Origin: Mytilus trossulus | Lineage: Eukaryota | Direction: 5' to 3' | Assembly (NCBI RefSeq): GCF_036588685.1 | Contig: NC_086382.1 | Coordinates: 52,576,001-52,640,000 of the forward strand | Length of the DNA stretch: 64,000 bases | In this document: piece after piece, positions 47,126 through 59,819 of the stretch | How the letters are laid out: each line of letters opens with the position of its first letter | How positions within the stretch are numbered: the stretch's first letter is position 1 | The notes under the pieces: generated by a model | The model's input: the letters and a program-made list of their open reading frames with translations, nothing else | The model's database searches: none | What the model was told of the DNA's origin: nothing | Translations under genes and position numbers: made by a program

Positions 47126-49604
47126 TGCATTCAGGTATTATGTAATATAGTTGCATTATTTGTGAAAATAAAGTAAGAAACTTCCAGCTACATTAATTGA
47201 CCCTGAAAATTAAGAAAAAAATACCCCTTTAAAATTGCAGTAATTTGTTTCACATGCATTATCATCATTTATCACTGATAAAGAAAATTTATACTGTAGT
47301 GTGACCATGAACATATATATATTGTTAGATACACTGTTCCCAGCTGTCACATTGTATTGGATTTTGACATTAAAATTTGTCAAAAAGTATTAGTTTTGAG
47401 TGTCTGTATAAAATATTTTCTGCTGAACATTTCTTTCTTTAACATATATCTTTTGCTTTTCAATTCTAGTGTTTATTATCATTTACTATGCATAGATGTA
47501 TTTTGTCACCTGTCTGGATTTTTTTAGTAGTTATCCGCCAAACCCGGAATTACCCTTATCCGCTTCCGGAATCGGTTCCGATATTGTAAAATGTTGTCAT
47601 CACGGCAGCCATTTTATTGTGTTTACAATGTCGTTTTTGTCAATCAGATACGAATTTAGTCGAATTTAAACACTATTTGTCGGCGATTTTCTGTATAAAG
47701 CTAGCGGTTGAACAAAATAAACATCGCTGTCATGAATTATAATGCTGACAATAAGCTTTTAGATCGTTTATTTGGAGACTGTTGTGAAAAGGTTTGCAAA
47801 GTTATTTCGTGTTTTCTTTTAGTGGACGGTGACTCCGTCGGGCGAACATACACATGCAGCTAGAAACCAAGTCGAATTTCCGCGTGCAAAAGTGGAAGGT
47901 CGCGGACCTCGGACCACCGCTTATTTGAACCCTTGCCTAGATATTGAAAAGATATAAAAATTTCGTCTTCTAATTTGAAATTGCCGCCAACAGCATGAAC
48001 AGTTGAACTTATCATATAATAGACTACTGACGTTGTACTACGTATTGATGACAAACAATATTCCTACGACTTTTGCAATTTGGGAAATTTTAACTACTTG
48101 TCTTTAGAGATTTTCGGCGATTAAATATTTCATACATTTGTTCTTTGCCATCTTAGCCAAAAGCTCAGGGGATAATAAACTACACAAGGATTCCTAATGT
48201 ACTCTACTTCCTATGTGCAACTTCAAAACTTTGACGATCATATAAGGTTTTTCTGGTCATATTTTTTTTTAATCCAGAATGTAAAGTATGAAAAAACAGT
48301 CTAATAATAATAAATAATAGTAACCAGCTAGATGATAACAATGGCACGTATTTCAGCATTTATTGGGTAGGACACAAATCCAGGGTGCTCGCATAAGGCA
48401 GCTTAACTGCCTAAAAACAGTCAGTCCATGTCCTACAACATAGTGTCATCCTATAACATGTTACAGTCCATTCCATATAATATAATGCTATCGCAGAAGA
48501 AAGTATGTTCATGTATGTGCCATATAGTAGTCTCAGCGTTATACAGCACACTGACATTGCATAATGGATGCCTGTGTCCTCCAGTATACTGTTAGTGTAG
48601 AAGAAACATTTCATTTAATTTTAAGTTTATAGAAGTTTTTAAACAGATATTTATAATTTTAAGTGTCGAATGTTTTAAATTTCCGCGCACTTGAACAAAT
48701 TTTAAACGATTGTTTTCTAAAAACAATATTACGCTTTATTAGCGAATAACCCTTTTATCAAATTTCAACAAAATGATGAAAAAAATGGGTTATCGTATGG
48801 TACATTTACATATTTTTGATTTCTAAACACTAAAATTGTTGACTGAGTACAGAAAAAATTGACAAAGCGTTGTATTTTTTCTTCATGCAGATGTCAGTCA
48901 CAATAAATGCGTGGTGCATCAAATTACCATGATGCAACGGTTTAAAATTGACGATCTTTCAATGCAGAATTTAATAATTCATTTTGCAATATCTTTTTTC
49001 AATTCTTCAAATTCAATTTGATAATTTTATGTAACCAAATTAGATTTTTATTCAATACATTATTGGATTTAAATTTTGTACCTGAACTTATGAATGTAAT
49101 CAAAATTGAATTATTTCACATTCTTTATCAATATTCAATTCACGTTTATAATAATCATTAAGTATATTATGCATAAGAAAATGTTATTGCTTATGATTTT
49201 AAAATAATAATGCCAAATTCTTTCAACAAATCAAATAATGTTATTTCAATGATCAGGTGTGCAGATTCAAAACGCCATTAAAATCCAAAATTACTTGATA
49301 ATAAGCCAACAACCAAAGGCTAAATTTTCATAACGTTTCAAAATGCATTTAAAACATAATAAAACTAAAATTGTATGACAAATGTATTTGTATTTGGTAA
49401 TAGTTTGTTTTCCGTTTAAACGTTTTTTAGGTGCACGGTGCACTATAATAAGACTTGAATAGTGCGGTTTTTATCTTACTTTTTTACTATTTTTTTTTTA
49501 TAAACTTTGTCCTTTTGAAGTTACAGATATTAACGCCTGGTAAATAGGAATCTTTCGAAATTACAATATCTACTAAAAACTGGAGACACCTGAGGTAACT
49601 AAAT

Positions 49605-49692
49605 TCGAGCGTCACTAATGAGTCTTTTGTAGACGAAACGCGCGTCTGGCGTATATATAAAATTTAGTCCTGGAATTTATGATGAGTTTATT
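49605..49692 (+). mobile_element. Retrozyme fragment (second subfamily), hammerhead core mutated (CTAATGA)
   Basis: GAGCGTCACTAATGAGTCTTTTGTAGACGAAACGCGCGTCTGGCGTA followed by the variant tail TTTAGTCCTGG..ATGATGAGTTTATT. Confidence 0.8.
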
Positions 49693-50637
49693 AACTGACA
49701 CAGTTCATGATTAAATTTGCACAAAGCAGTCGCAGACTCAGACTAAGTAAAGCTTACATATTTAACAACCGCAGTCTTTTTCAAATTGTATCTTACAAAC
49801 CATTTTGGTCAGTAAACAGTTGATTTTAAGATATAGACTTTAGATACGTATATAATATAGATAGATAGATACATGAATAGTTGTTAATTTCTGTCATTTT
49901 GGTCTCTTTTGGAGAGTTGCCTCATTGGCAGTCATACCAAATCTTATTTTTTTATTAATCCTGGGGGCTTTGCTCTTTGGTTATGTTGTGTCTCTCAAGC
50001 ACATTGCCCATTTCCATTCTCAATTTCATTTTGATCAAAATCGGTATAAACATGTTTCTGTGTTTTAAACTGTCTATTCTTTCAGTCTCCCGTCACCTCT
50101 TCTCTCTTCAGCATATTTTTATTTGGGGAATTTCATGTCAGAGGCACACTCTAAAACTAGTCACTGCAGATTTAACCAAGTGAAATAGTGGGTATTTGAT
50201 AATCAAATCGTGTAGGACATATATTATTTAACAGGTTTTAAAATCAAAGATATTGACATTTTTTTCATTGCATGATTTTATATTTGCTAAAAAACCACAA
50301 CATCAATTTAGTTTGTTACCGATTTTAGTTCATTTGGCTTAAACTGGATGCAAAACTCTTGTTACATTCTAAAACAATTCTAGTAATACATGCACCATTA
50401 AGTTAATTATGCGCACTTAAGTTAAAAGAAAAACCGCGAAGCGAAATCAGACATTTACAAGTCGATGTGGTGTTTTTTTTATGTGAAAGTTGGAAACTGA
50501 AAACTTTATAGTTACCGTAGATAGTTTTCATAAACAAACTGTTCATATTGTAAATTTTGTTCTGTTGTATATATAGAACTATTATATATCATATTGTTTT
50601 TAATTATATTGAGTGAGACAAAGTGACGGGTAAAACA

Positions 50638-52890
50638 TACTTGCTTACTTAATCCTCTTCGTGCTTCGATGCCGACACTAGATCCCTCCATAACACTCTG
50701 ACATGTGCTTTCTTTTCTACTTCTCGCCATGAAATTCCAACCTCTTTCATCTCGCTTTCCACTGTTCTTCTCCATATTTCTTTAGGTCTTCTCCTTTTCC
50801 TGTTGCCATTTGAAGTCCACCTTAGTGACACTTTAGCGATGTTTACTGGTTCCTTCCTTAAGACATCGCCTATCTATTTCCATCTTCTTGTTTTTATTTC
50901 ATCTCTTATGTCTCTTTGTGCTGTCAGTTTGAATAGTTACTGATTGGTTATTTATTTTGTTTGGCCAAAAGATTTTACATATTCTTTTCAAGCAGGTATT
51001 GTGGAATGGAGCCAGTTTGTTGAAGTCAGTTTGTACAATTCTCCAACATTCTGAGCCATAAAGCAGTACAGATTTGACATTGCTGTTGTAGATTTTAAGC
51101 TTTGTGATTCTGTCAAGGGATGATGATTTCCAGATTAGTCTGAGTTGACAGAAGGATGGTCTAGCTTTACTCAGTCTTGATTTGATGTCTTTGGTGGTCT
51201 CGTTATCACTGCTTATTACACCGTCTAGGTATATAAAGTCTTCTAGTTGTTCTATTTCCTCAATGTTTATGGATCCAATCTTTATTGGAATTTTATTGGA
51301 TTGGTCGTTGATTGACATGACTTTCGTTTTCTCGATGTTTATTTTGAGCCCAAGTTTCTTTGACATATCCTTCAGTCTTGAAGTTTTCTTGTGTACATAT
51401 TATCCCAGTGTTTCAATTTCCTAAGGTTGATCTCATATACCAGTCAACAACTATTATTAAAATTCCTTTGTCCCTATCAGCTGGTATTTCTCCATCTATC
51501 CATATGGTAAATAGATAATGTAGTATCTCGCTTGTTGACTGTATGTCTGACTCTAGTAATTCTGCACTGATGTTATCTATGCCTGGTGCTTTACCATTTT
51601 TTAGTTGTTTTATTGCCTTTTGGATTTCATCTTTGCATACAGCTTCTGTGCCTATTTCCAGTGGTGCATCTCCAAACGGTTGAATGTCGGATATATATCA
51701 TCGTTTGCATCAGCCCTATTAAGGATACTTTTGAAGTGTTCTGCCCAACGATCTAACTTTTCCTTGTTTGTAGTAAGAAGCTTCCCCTCTTTGAATAGTA
51801 CTGGTGCGTCATTATTCCCGGACTTTCCACAGAGCTGCCTAGTGATTTTGTATACTGCACTGAACTCTCCACGCTTTGACGCTTCTTCCGCTTCATTTGC
51901 AAGTTCTTCAACAAAGTTTCTCCTATGATTCTTTGCATCTTTTTTTACTTCTTTGTCTTTATCTCTATAGTATGATTGCAATTTGGTTTTCAATCTGTTA
52001 GATTTAGCTGCATTTGTTTTTATTTCTATGGCTGTCCTTTCTTTGATGTTTTCCAAGGTCTTTTCTGACGACCACTGTTTTCTTTTTCTGTTCTTTAAAC
52101 CCAATACTTTCTCAGCTGTTTTAGTATAAACGTCTTTGATGTTATCCCAAACTTCAGTTATGTTTTCACCCATGTTTTCATTGTTGTCATCAATTTCACG
52201 GAGTGCTTGGTATCTGTTTTTTTTTATTTCAGTAGTACATTTTTGTCTTATTTTGTTTTCCTTCAGTCTGCAGATCAAATGTTTTCCTGCTCTGCTCGTT
52301 CATCTTCGGAGCTTCAATTTTATTTTGCCAATAATCAGGTAGTGGTCACTTCCACAGTCTGTCCCTCTTTTTACAGATACATCGTTGAGTGAATGCCGCC
52401 ATCTGCCTTTTATCATTAGATGGTCAATTTAATTTTTGTCTCTCCTGTTTGGCAATGTCCAAGTAAGATTATGTATATCTTTGTGCTGGAACATTGTACC
52501 ACCAATTACCAGACCATTTAGTCCACAAAATTCAATCAGTAGGTTTTCATTTTCATTACAAGTTCCACATCCGTTGTTACCAATTATTATCTCCACTCCG
52601 TTGTTACCCATTATTATCTCCACTCCATTGTTGTCACTACCTACTTATGCATTCAAGTTTCCATTAACCAGTAAAACGTCATGGGCATGCACTCCTTCCA
52701 TTACACTTCTTAGCTTTTCATAGAAGTCGGTTTTAGTTTCAATGTCTGCTTCGTTAGTTGGTGCATAGCTTTGAATCAAAGTAAGTTTAACAGATTTTGA
52801 ATGGAATCTTGCTGTTATTATTCTCTCATCTGTAGGTTTCCATTCTCTTAGAGCTTTACTTGCTTGCTTATTCATTATGATGTAAAACAT
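50638..52890 (-). mobile_element. Decayed RTE-clade LINE (APE endonuclease + internally deleted RT), 5' truncated
   Basis: Fragmented ORFs carry LTLIQSYAPT, GNLNA, HKDIHNLTW (APE), RW.EHF..ILN, GLKINIEKTKVM, F.YL.G.I, SVLLYGSECW and WTSNGNRKRRRPK..W. The 3' end is a TAAGTAAGCAAG tandem tail typical of RTE. Stops and frameshifts are present. Confidence 0.9.
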
Positions 52891-55800
52891 ACATGTCATT
52901 AAAATCTGTTACGCAGTTGATTGATTGATTGTTGATTGCTTAACGTCCAGTGGCAAATATTCGTGAATGTTCAGGACAAGAGTGTCGCAATTATTGGCAA
53001 CAGGAACATATTGAATCAATAGAACATTACAATCCATAAAAGAAAGTTTATCCATGTTATCAATACTAAGGAAATGGAAATTGTGGTTTATCATGAATTT
53101 TGGTACAAGGATTGCAATTAGTTTAGTCCCTATATTTACGACAACTTGATTATCCTACATGTACATATTTTATAGAATCCTTGATATTGATTGGCTGACA
53201 ACAATCGCAAGGCAATCCAATATCATATTCAATTTCCGTATAATTACATTACATGTTAGCTTCATAAAAACCCGTTATTTTTATTGGCTCACTTATTTTG
53301 TGTTGATATTATTGTAAACGTTTTACGCCGACAGTTGACAATTCCTATTGCATGAATGAACAAAATCTTTTTATTTTAAGAATGGAATTCTCCTTTTTAC
53401 AATTGTCATGGTTTATAATTGCATTACATGCGTGTTTCATTAGAATTCGTCATTTTAAGGCATTTGAAAATTTAACAGCAAGCTTGATATACATGATTAT
53501 AAATACAAGTATGTACAGTGTCGAATTTGCATAATTTATGTGTACGAGTTTGGAAAAATGATGAAAAGCGAGGCTCGAGGCTCATCACAAGAGATGCAAT
53601 CCTAAATCTAATTTATAATTTGGATATTAATTAAGCCTCTTTGATACAGGAAAGCTATATTATATCAATGTCAAAAAAAATATTTTGGATTCAAACAATC
53701 AGTTGGTATATTCCTACAAAAGCTTAATTGATACTATTATCTTCGTATATGTAACTTCTGTAAGCTGTATTACTTTTGACTAAAATTTTATTATCCTGCA
53801 GATTCTAGGCGAAAAACGTTTAAAAAATATTGTCTACTCAAAATTAGTTTAACAATGTGACGACGTAACTTCCATTACACCTGTACAAGGGCTACTATAG
53901 ATACTTTTCTTTATTTACTTAGCAAACATTTGTATGATACTATTTAAATAAAGCCGATAAAGATCTCGTTTTAATAGTTTCTCCTCCTTCTTTTGTAAAT
54001 CGGCAAATTAAAGCGTGATGCACATGGTCATATGTACACTCTATTTACCAGACCGTCGTATGCCATCTGCATATAGTCGCATCGTCACTTATTCTTTCAA
54101 GTGCGAAATTCGGCAGGTGTTCGGTTAAACTACAAGGGGTCCCCTTGGGGGAAAAGACATTTTCACATTAGCATTTTGTATGAAACAATCCGAAATAAAT
54201 CTCCGGAATAAAATCAATCTGATTATTTTATAAATTATCATAATAACGATATTTAGTTATTAAAAAGACAAATGGTAGAAATATTTTAGAAAAGAACTAA
54301 CTTATTTCAATTGAGATTCGAAACCATTATTAAATATAACGGTACATCTGCCTTTTCCGATTACAATTGTTTTCCATTCCTTTGATGTTACCGCTTAAAA
54401 TCAAAGAGGACATATTGGAAACTGGACATCTGCGTCCCAAAGCCAGAACATTAAGCTTGAAATTTGCCCGTATTCAATAATAATAATGTCAACAACAGCA
54501 AAAAAGATTTACAAAATATTGGCCACAAATTTTGAAAATTAGGTTAACGTTTAATGTACTCCGTTGGCACCAATTGCATAAATTCTTATTCAAACAGCAT
54601 TACAAACGATATTAACGTTTAATTAATATCTTTCCAGATAATGTCCGTCTTCTACCGAATAAGGTGTGGGTAGCAAATTCGCATGTATAAACTTTGCAAT
54701 ATTACTGCCTTTGGGAAATCATCGACTTTTCCTTGGTTACACAAATGTTATAAGACCTCAAAATTCAGCCACACCTCAAAATATTTTTACTTGTAAACTA
54801 CAAGATCTCGGACTTTTTTTTATACTAACTATGCACGTGTTAAAACATTTGCTTATTATAGAGCAATTCCTCTTTTTCAATGGGAAATGACAGCGAATCA
54901 TGTTTTTCATATTTTGCTTACACATCATACACTGTGAATTTATTTATATATTTGAAAATGTTTTTGCTATGATATCAATAAAAAATCCCCTCATATAATA
55001 AAATGTCACTCAGGCATATTTTTTTTATCAGAAATGTTGTTGCAAATAAAGTTTTTATCAATATATATTATAAAGATATCAAAATTAGGCACTTCTGGAT
55101 TTTACGGATACGTTAGGGTCTGAGAGTTCCTGATGACAGTTAATCTAGAAAATCAATTCGGACTCACAAAATTTATGTAAAGTCGTGTTTCCATTTTGTA
55201 TGTTTATTTTTTTAGCTAGTTGTGATGTTCGTACATGTAAAGACACTGGCATGAATTATATTACAACATTATACTGTCTTAAATTCTCCGATGATATAGA
55301 TTTTATACAAGGTATTTAGAAAGTATACGTTTTCATTCCCCTTGGTAAAGTTTGGGTATCGGTACCTTTGATCAATAGCTGCTCAGAAAATATACATTTG
55401 ACCATTCTGAAATTTCTGAGTTAGAACGCATGCGATAGTGATGATACAAAAAGTAAAATCACAAAAATACTGAACTCAGAGGAAAATCAATTTGGAAAGT
55501 CCATAATCACATGGCAAAATCAAAAAACAAAACGCATCAAAAACGAATGGACAAGAACTGTCATATTCCTGACTTGGTACAGGCATTTTCAAATGTAGAA
55601 AATGGTGGATTAAACCTGGTTCTATAGCGCTAACCCTCTCACTTTAATAACAGTCTCATCAAATTCCGCTACATTTACATGATGCGTTAAATAAACAGTC
55701 ACAATTATTAAAATAGTCAAAATATGGGTACATCAGTCATCATCGTATAACAATTTAAACCATTCGGCTATCCTAGGTATAATCCGCTACTCTTTTTCTA

Positions 55801-58691
55801 TCTAGATGAGGGTACGGAATCGGTCGAGTTGAGACGTATGAATACAAAACATTGCTTCCGACACACCACACTCGTACGATGTCATTTTCCTTTTATAGAT
55901 TTGTAAACGTACGTTTTTTTGAATGTGAGAAACTTGAAAATCTAATTCCCAATTATTGACAAAATATTTCAAATTTGAAACCGGCTTGTGGTGTGTAAAC
56001 TTTTACTTGTGTTTTGTTTTCGGTTTTTGAAAAGAATTCTTATCAAAACTATTGCACCTTATAACTAGTGATAAATGTCAGAATAATGGTGATTCCTTTT
56101 AAATTTTTGTTTTTTAGATAAATATAAGAAGACGTGATACGAGTGTCAATAAGATAACTTGCTATCCAAGTCAATAAACATGTACAAGCTTTCCCACATG
56201 CAAACAACCCATAATTGAATAAATATGAGCACGCGTTGAAAGTTTGGCTTGCTTACTTCAAGGTAGACGTAAAGCAGATTGTTAAAATGAAAAAAAAAAG
56301 TTTTTTGTATATTTTTCATGCTTTGATTTCAGTGATAGGATGTACTATTATCTTCAAGGCGTATAATCATTGCACTAACGACAATTGAAGAAAGTTCTCT
56401 AATGTTCTCTTTTAAATTGTCCAAGGACTACATAAAAATCATATCAACCTCTTTTTTCAAATAAAAAAGTCTTACTTTAACATTTATATATATACAAAAT
56501 GAATAAACACTCAATAGAACCGCTACTATGCGGTGAATAAATCAATTACTAGTATATTACAGGCACAAATGGCCATTGCATCTTAAATACTCTTTGAATA
56601 TTCGTCTGAAAGAAAGTTTTGCCTTGAAGTGCTTGTCAGTGATGTATATATATATTGTATTTTATCATGCGCTTTTTTTCTTTTTTTTTTTTATAGATTC
56701 AATACTTTTATATAAAACCTGAGATTTGATAATTATCTCAAAAGTAGACGTCGTTTTGCCAATAAAATCTAATGCAATATTATTTTTAATTGGATTTCTC
56801 ATAAACCTGTGATTAGTGTTGCATATTAAACATCAGATATCTTTTTTATAATTCAAAAATAAAATATTGATAGCTTCAGTCTCCCGCTTTAATTTGTATT
56901 GATTAGCATTAAAGAAATGTATTGAAAGCAGGTGTGTGTGCGTCGGTCGTGCGTCTTTTAATAGATCACACGCGACAGAACAACCTTCCGATTGGTTAAT
57001 AATGCCAGTGGCGGAATGTAGTTTTGAAACGACTAGAAAACAACAGTTTTAAATTTTGTAACCACGAGAAACTTAATTTAGAGTACTAACCTGGATTAAT
57101 ATAAAGTCATGTATTAACAGTTTCAGGTAAGAATTTAAGTACCAAAAATAACGTTATAACGTTCTAAAGTTAAACGGTTTCTTTCAGAATAATTCCAATA
57201 TAAACACCAAACAATTTAATTATTTATGCAGGCAGATATGATATGTTGTCTGATGTTGATTTATGAACATTGCATAAATCTTGACTACGATAAAATATGT
57301 TGTCTTTAATATCAAGCTTGCTAGTTAGTAATACTACCTTTAAACAATTCCATTCAAATATAACTTTTATAATTTATCTTAAAACTATTAACCAATTTCA
57401 TGTTTTATCCTTGGGTTATTTTTTCTTTCTTTCGTTTACCTTTAAAGGAATATATGACGGAAATAAAGTTGCTGGTATGGCAAGCATGATTATTCTTAAA
57501 TATGATTCGTAAATTTATATTTATACAGATAAAAAATATTAAATTGTAGAAAAAAATACGGATAAAAAATAAAATTCAAAAGTGTCCTATCAGTTCCCTC
57601 ACTGCGATTATAGTATTTTGACGCTACGACATAAGGTCACCAAACGACAGCTGTCGCGTGCCCTAGTGAATCCTGACAACTGCTTACCTGGATTAATCTG
57701 TGGTTTTTATCACAACCCGCGGGGCGTATTACGTGTGTTCTTTGTTCCGACGCGTGTACGTCACACTTTAATGGCTTGTTAAATTCCTCAAGTGAAAGTA
57801 AATAATGTTAGTTATTAATTTTTACATGCAAAACAGTTTAAAACTTACATATTTACAATGCATGCAGGTAACAGTTTGGACTTAAAAAAAAAATTAAGGA
57901 AAACAGCGCATTAATCTTAGAAAATGGGATTAATTTCCTCCTAACGTGGATTTTCACATATGAAATCTGATGGTGGACACTACCTCATATAATATGCAAT
58001 ATTTACTTCAGCATGAATATAAAAGAATATAAAAAAAAATAACGACAATCGTGGTTTTGGTAAAACATGTAATTATGATGATTTGCTGCTTCTTTTTATA
58101 ATTCTGTTGGGTTGTAACAGGGCTGATCGTGCGCACGTTTTTAATATTAAGCACTTCATAGATCTTCATACAAAATGTGTTTCGATCAACGTTTGTATAC
58201 ATTCCCCCAAAAAAGTATGAAAATTAGCATTTAATTCATCTAGAATGCCTGATTTCAAGTTAATTTTTATAGCGATTTGAAATGTCAATCAAGTTGGATT
58301 TTTTTCGTTTGCAGATTTAAGAAAGCGTCGAAATTTTCGTTCAACAACTCAGGCTTATTACGAAATGAAATATTGGTTCCCTAAGGAAAATAAGGTTACC
58401 TTAACATTCTCTGTTCGAGAGCTAAGCTATGCGTTAGACTGTACAAACTGTATAGATGTCAAGTCTGGTTAGAATGGATTGACCAAATGATTGCTTTTGT
58501 TGGTTTTACGTCCAGTGGTAACTATTACATGCATGCTAAATTAACAATTAAAATAATAGGCAGGTTCTGCAGAACAGGGGGGTCGGGATGAAGGATGTAC
58601 AATTTGGACTGTCACTGGAGACGTATTAATACATTACACTCAGCGATACGGTGTCCATTTCTCTCAGTAAATGTTTTGATTTTCTTGAGAA

Positions 58692-59405
58692 CGGCGCGGG
58701 ACGTTTGCGATTTTTATAAAGGACATTTGCGCTTCTTATAAGGGACATTTGCGCTTCAATTCATAGGACATTTGAGCTTCAATTCAGAGGACATTTGCGC
58801 TTCAATCCATAGGACATTTGCGCTTCAATTTATAGGACATTTGCGCTATTTAGGTATGGACATTTGCACTTTTCGTATAGGACATTTGCGCTTTTGCAAT
58901 ATTTCTTTATGGTTAAAAGTTTGTTTAAATATATTTATTTATAGTGGATTGGGAAACAAGTTATTGCAACTTATGTCAACCCCTTCCCACTTTGCAGGTG
59001 CGAGTACTGTCTTGAAGCGGCATTAGCCTGCTCTTTTTTCTTTTTTATAGGTAATTTCATAGCACATTCATATAGTTAAGTTAAAGATACCTAGAAGTAA
59101 ACATTATGAAAACATCAAAGAGACGCGTAGTTACCAATGGTTTTCGCTTGATATTTTCAACCCAAGAAATGAACAAATTCGCTCTTGTTATTTGTCCTGA
59201 TTGGTATTTCGCTCTCATTTAAAAATTTCAATCCTTGACTGAGATGCCTGTTCATCAATATAACGAATTAGTTAATGTAATTAACCGAATGTTTATCCAT
59301 CGTATAACATGTACTACAGGTTTATCAAAATTTAAAGCGCAAATGTCTTTACATATTTGAAGCGCATGTGTGTCTTATCGTTATAAGCGCAAACGTTATG
59401 TGCCC
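58692..59405. mobile_element. Degenerate DNA-transposon-like element with subterminal GGACATTTGCGCTT repeats
   Basis: About 8 direct copies at 58721-58892 and about 3 inverted copies (AAGCGCAAATGTC) at 59335-59395. Confidence 0.6.
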
Positions 59406-59482
59406 CTTTGGTGTCTCTGTCAAATCTGGCAAACGTATGCATGGTGTCTCCGTCATATCTAACGTGCACGCATGTTCTATGA

Positions 59483-59526
59483 GCGTCACTGATGAGTCTT
59501 ATGTAGACGAAACGCGCGTCTGGCGT
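59483..59526 (+). ncRNA. Solo intact hammerhead ribozyme of the same retrozyme family (insert ~59479-59561)
   Basis: Same core and stems, followed by the family's AAATTATAATCCTGGTACCTTTGATAACTAT end. Confidence 0.85.
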
Positions 59527-59819
59527 ACTAAATTATAATCCTGGTACCTTTGATAACTATTCTAACGTATCACGACGAAATTAAAAGGAGCAACCGACGA
59601 TGGCAACACATCAAAGGAATACAAACCCGGAGTAACATATACATTTCGGCTATATTTTTTTCCGTTGAATACTACTATAGATAGTAGATGATATGATATA
59701 AATATTTTGTCGTCAAAATTGCTATTACATCTGTTTGGAAATTAAACTATATTCGCTATAAGATTTTACAACTCATGTCTTCAGCATAGTACTATGAATC
59801 TGTTCTTTTCCATTTGTAG

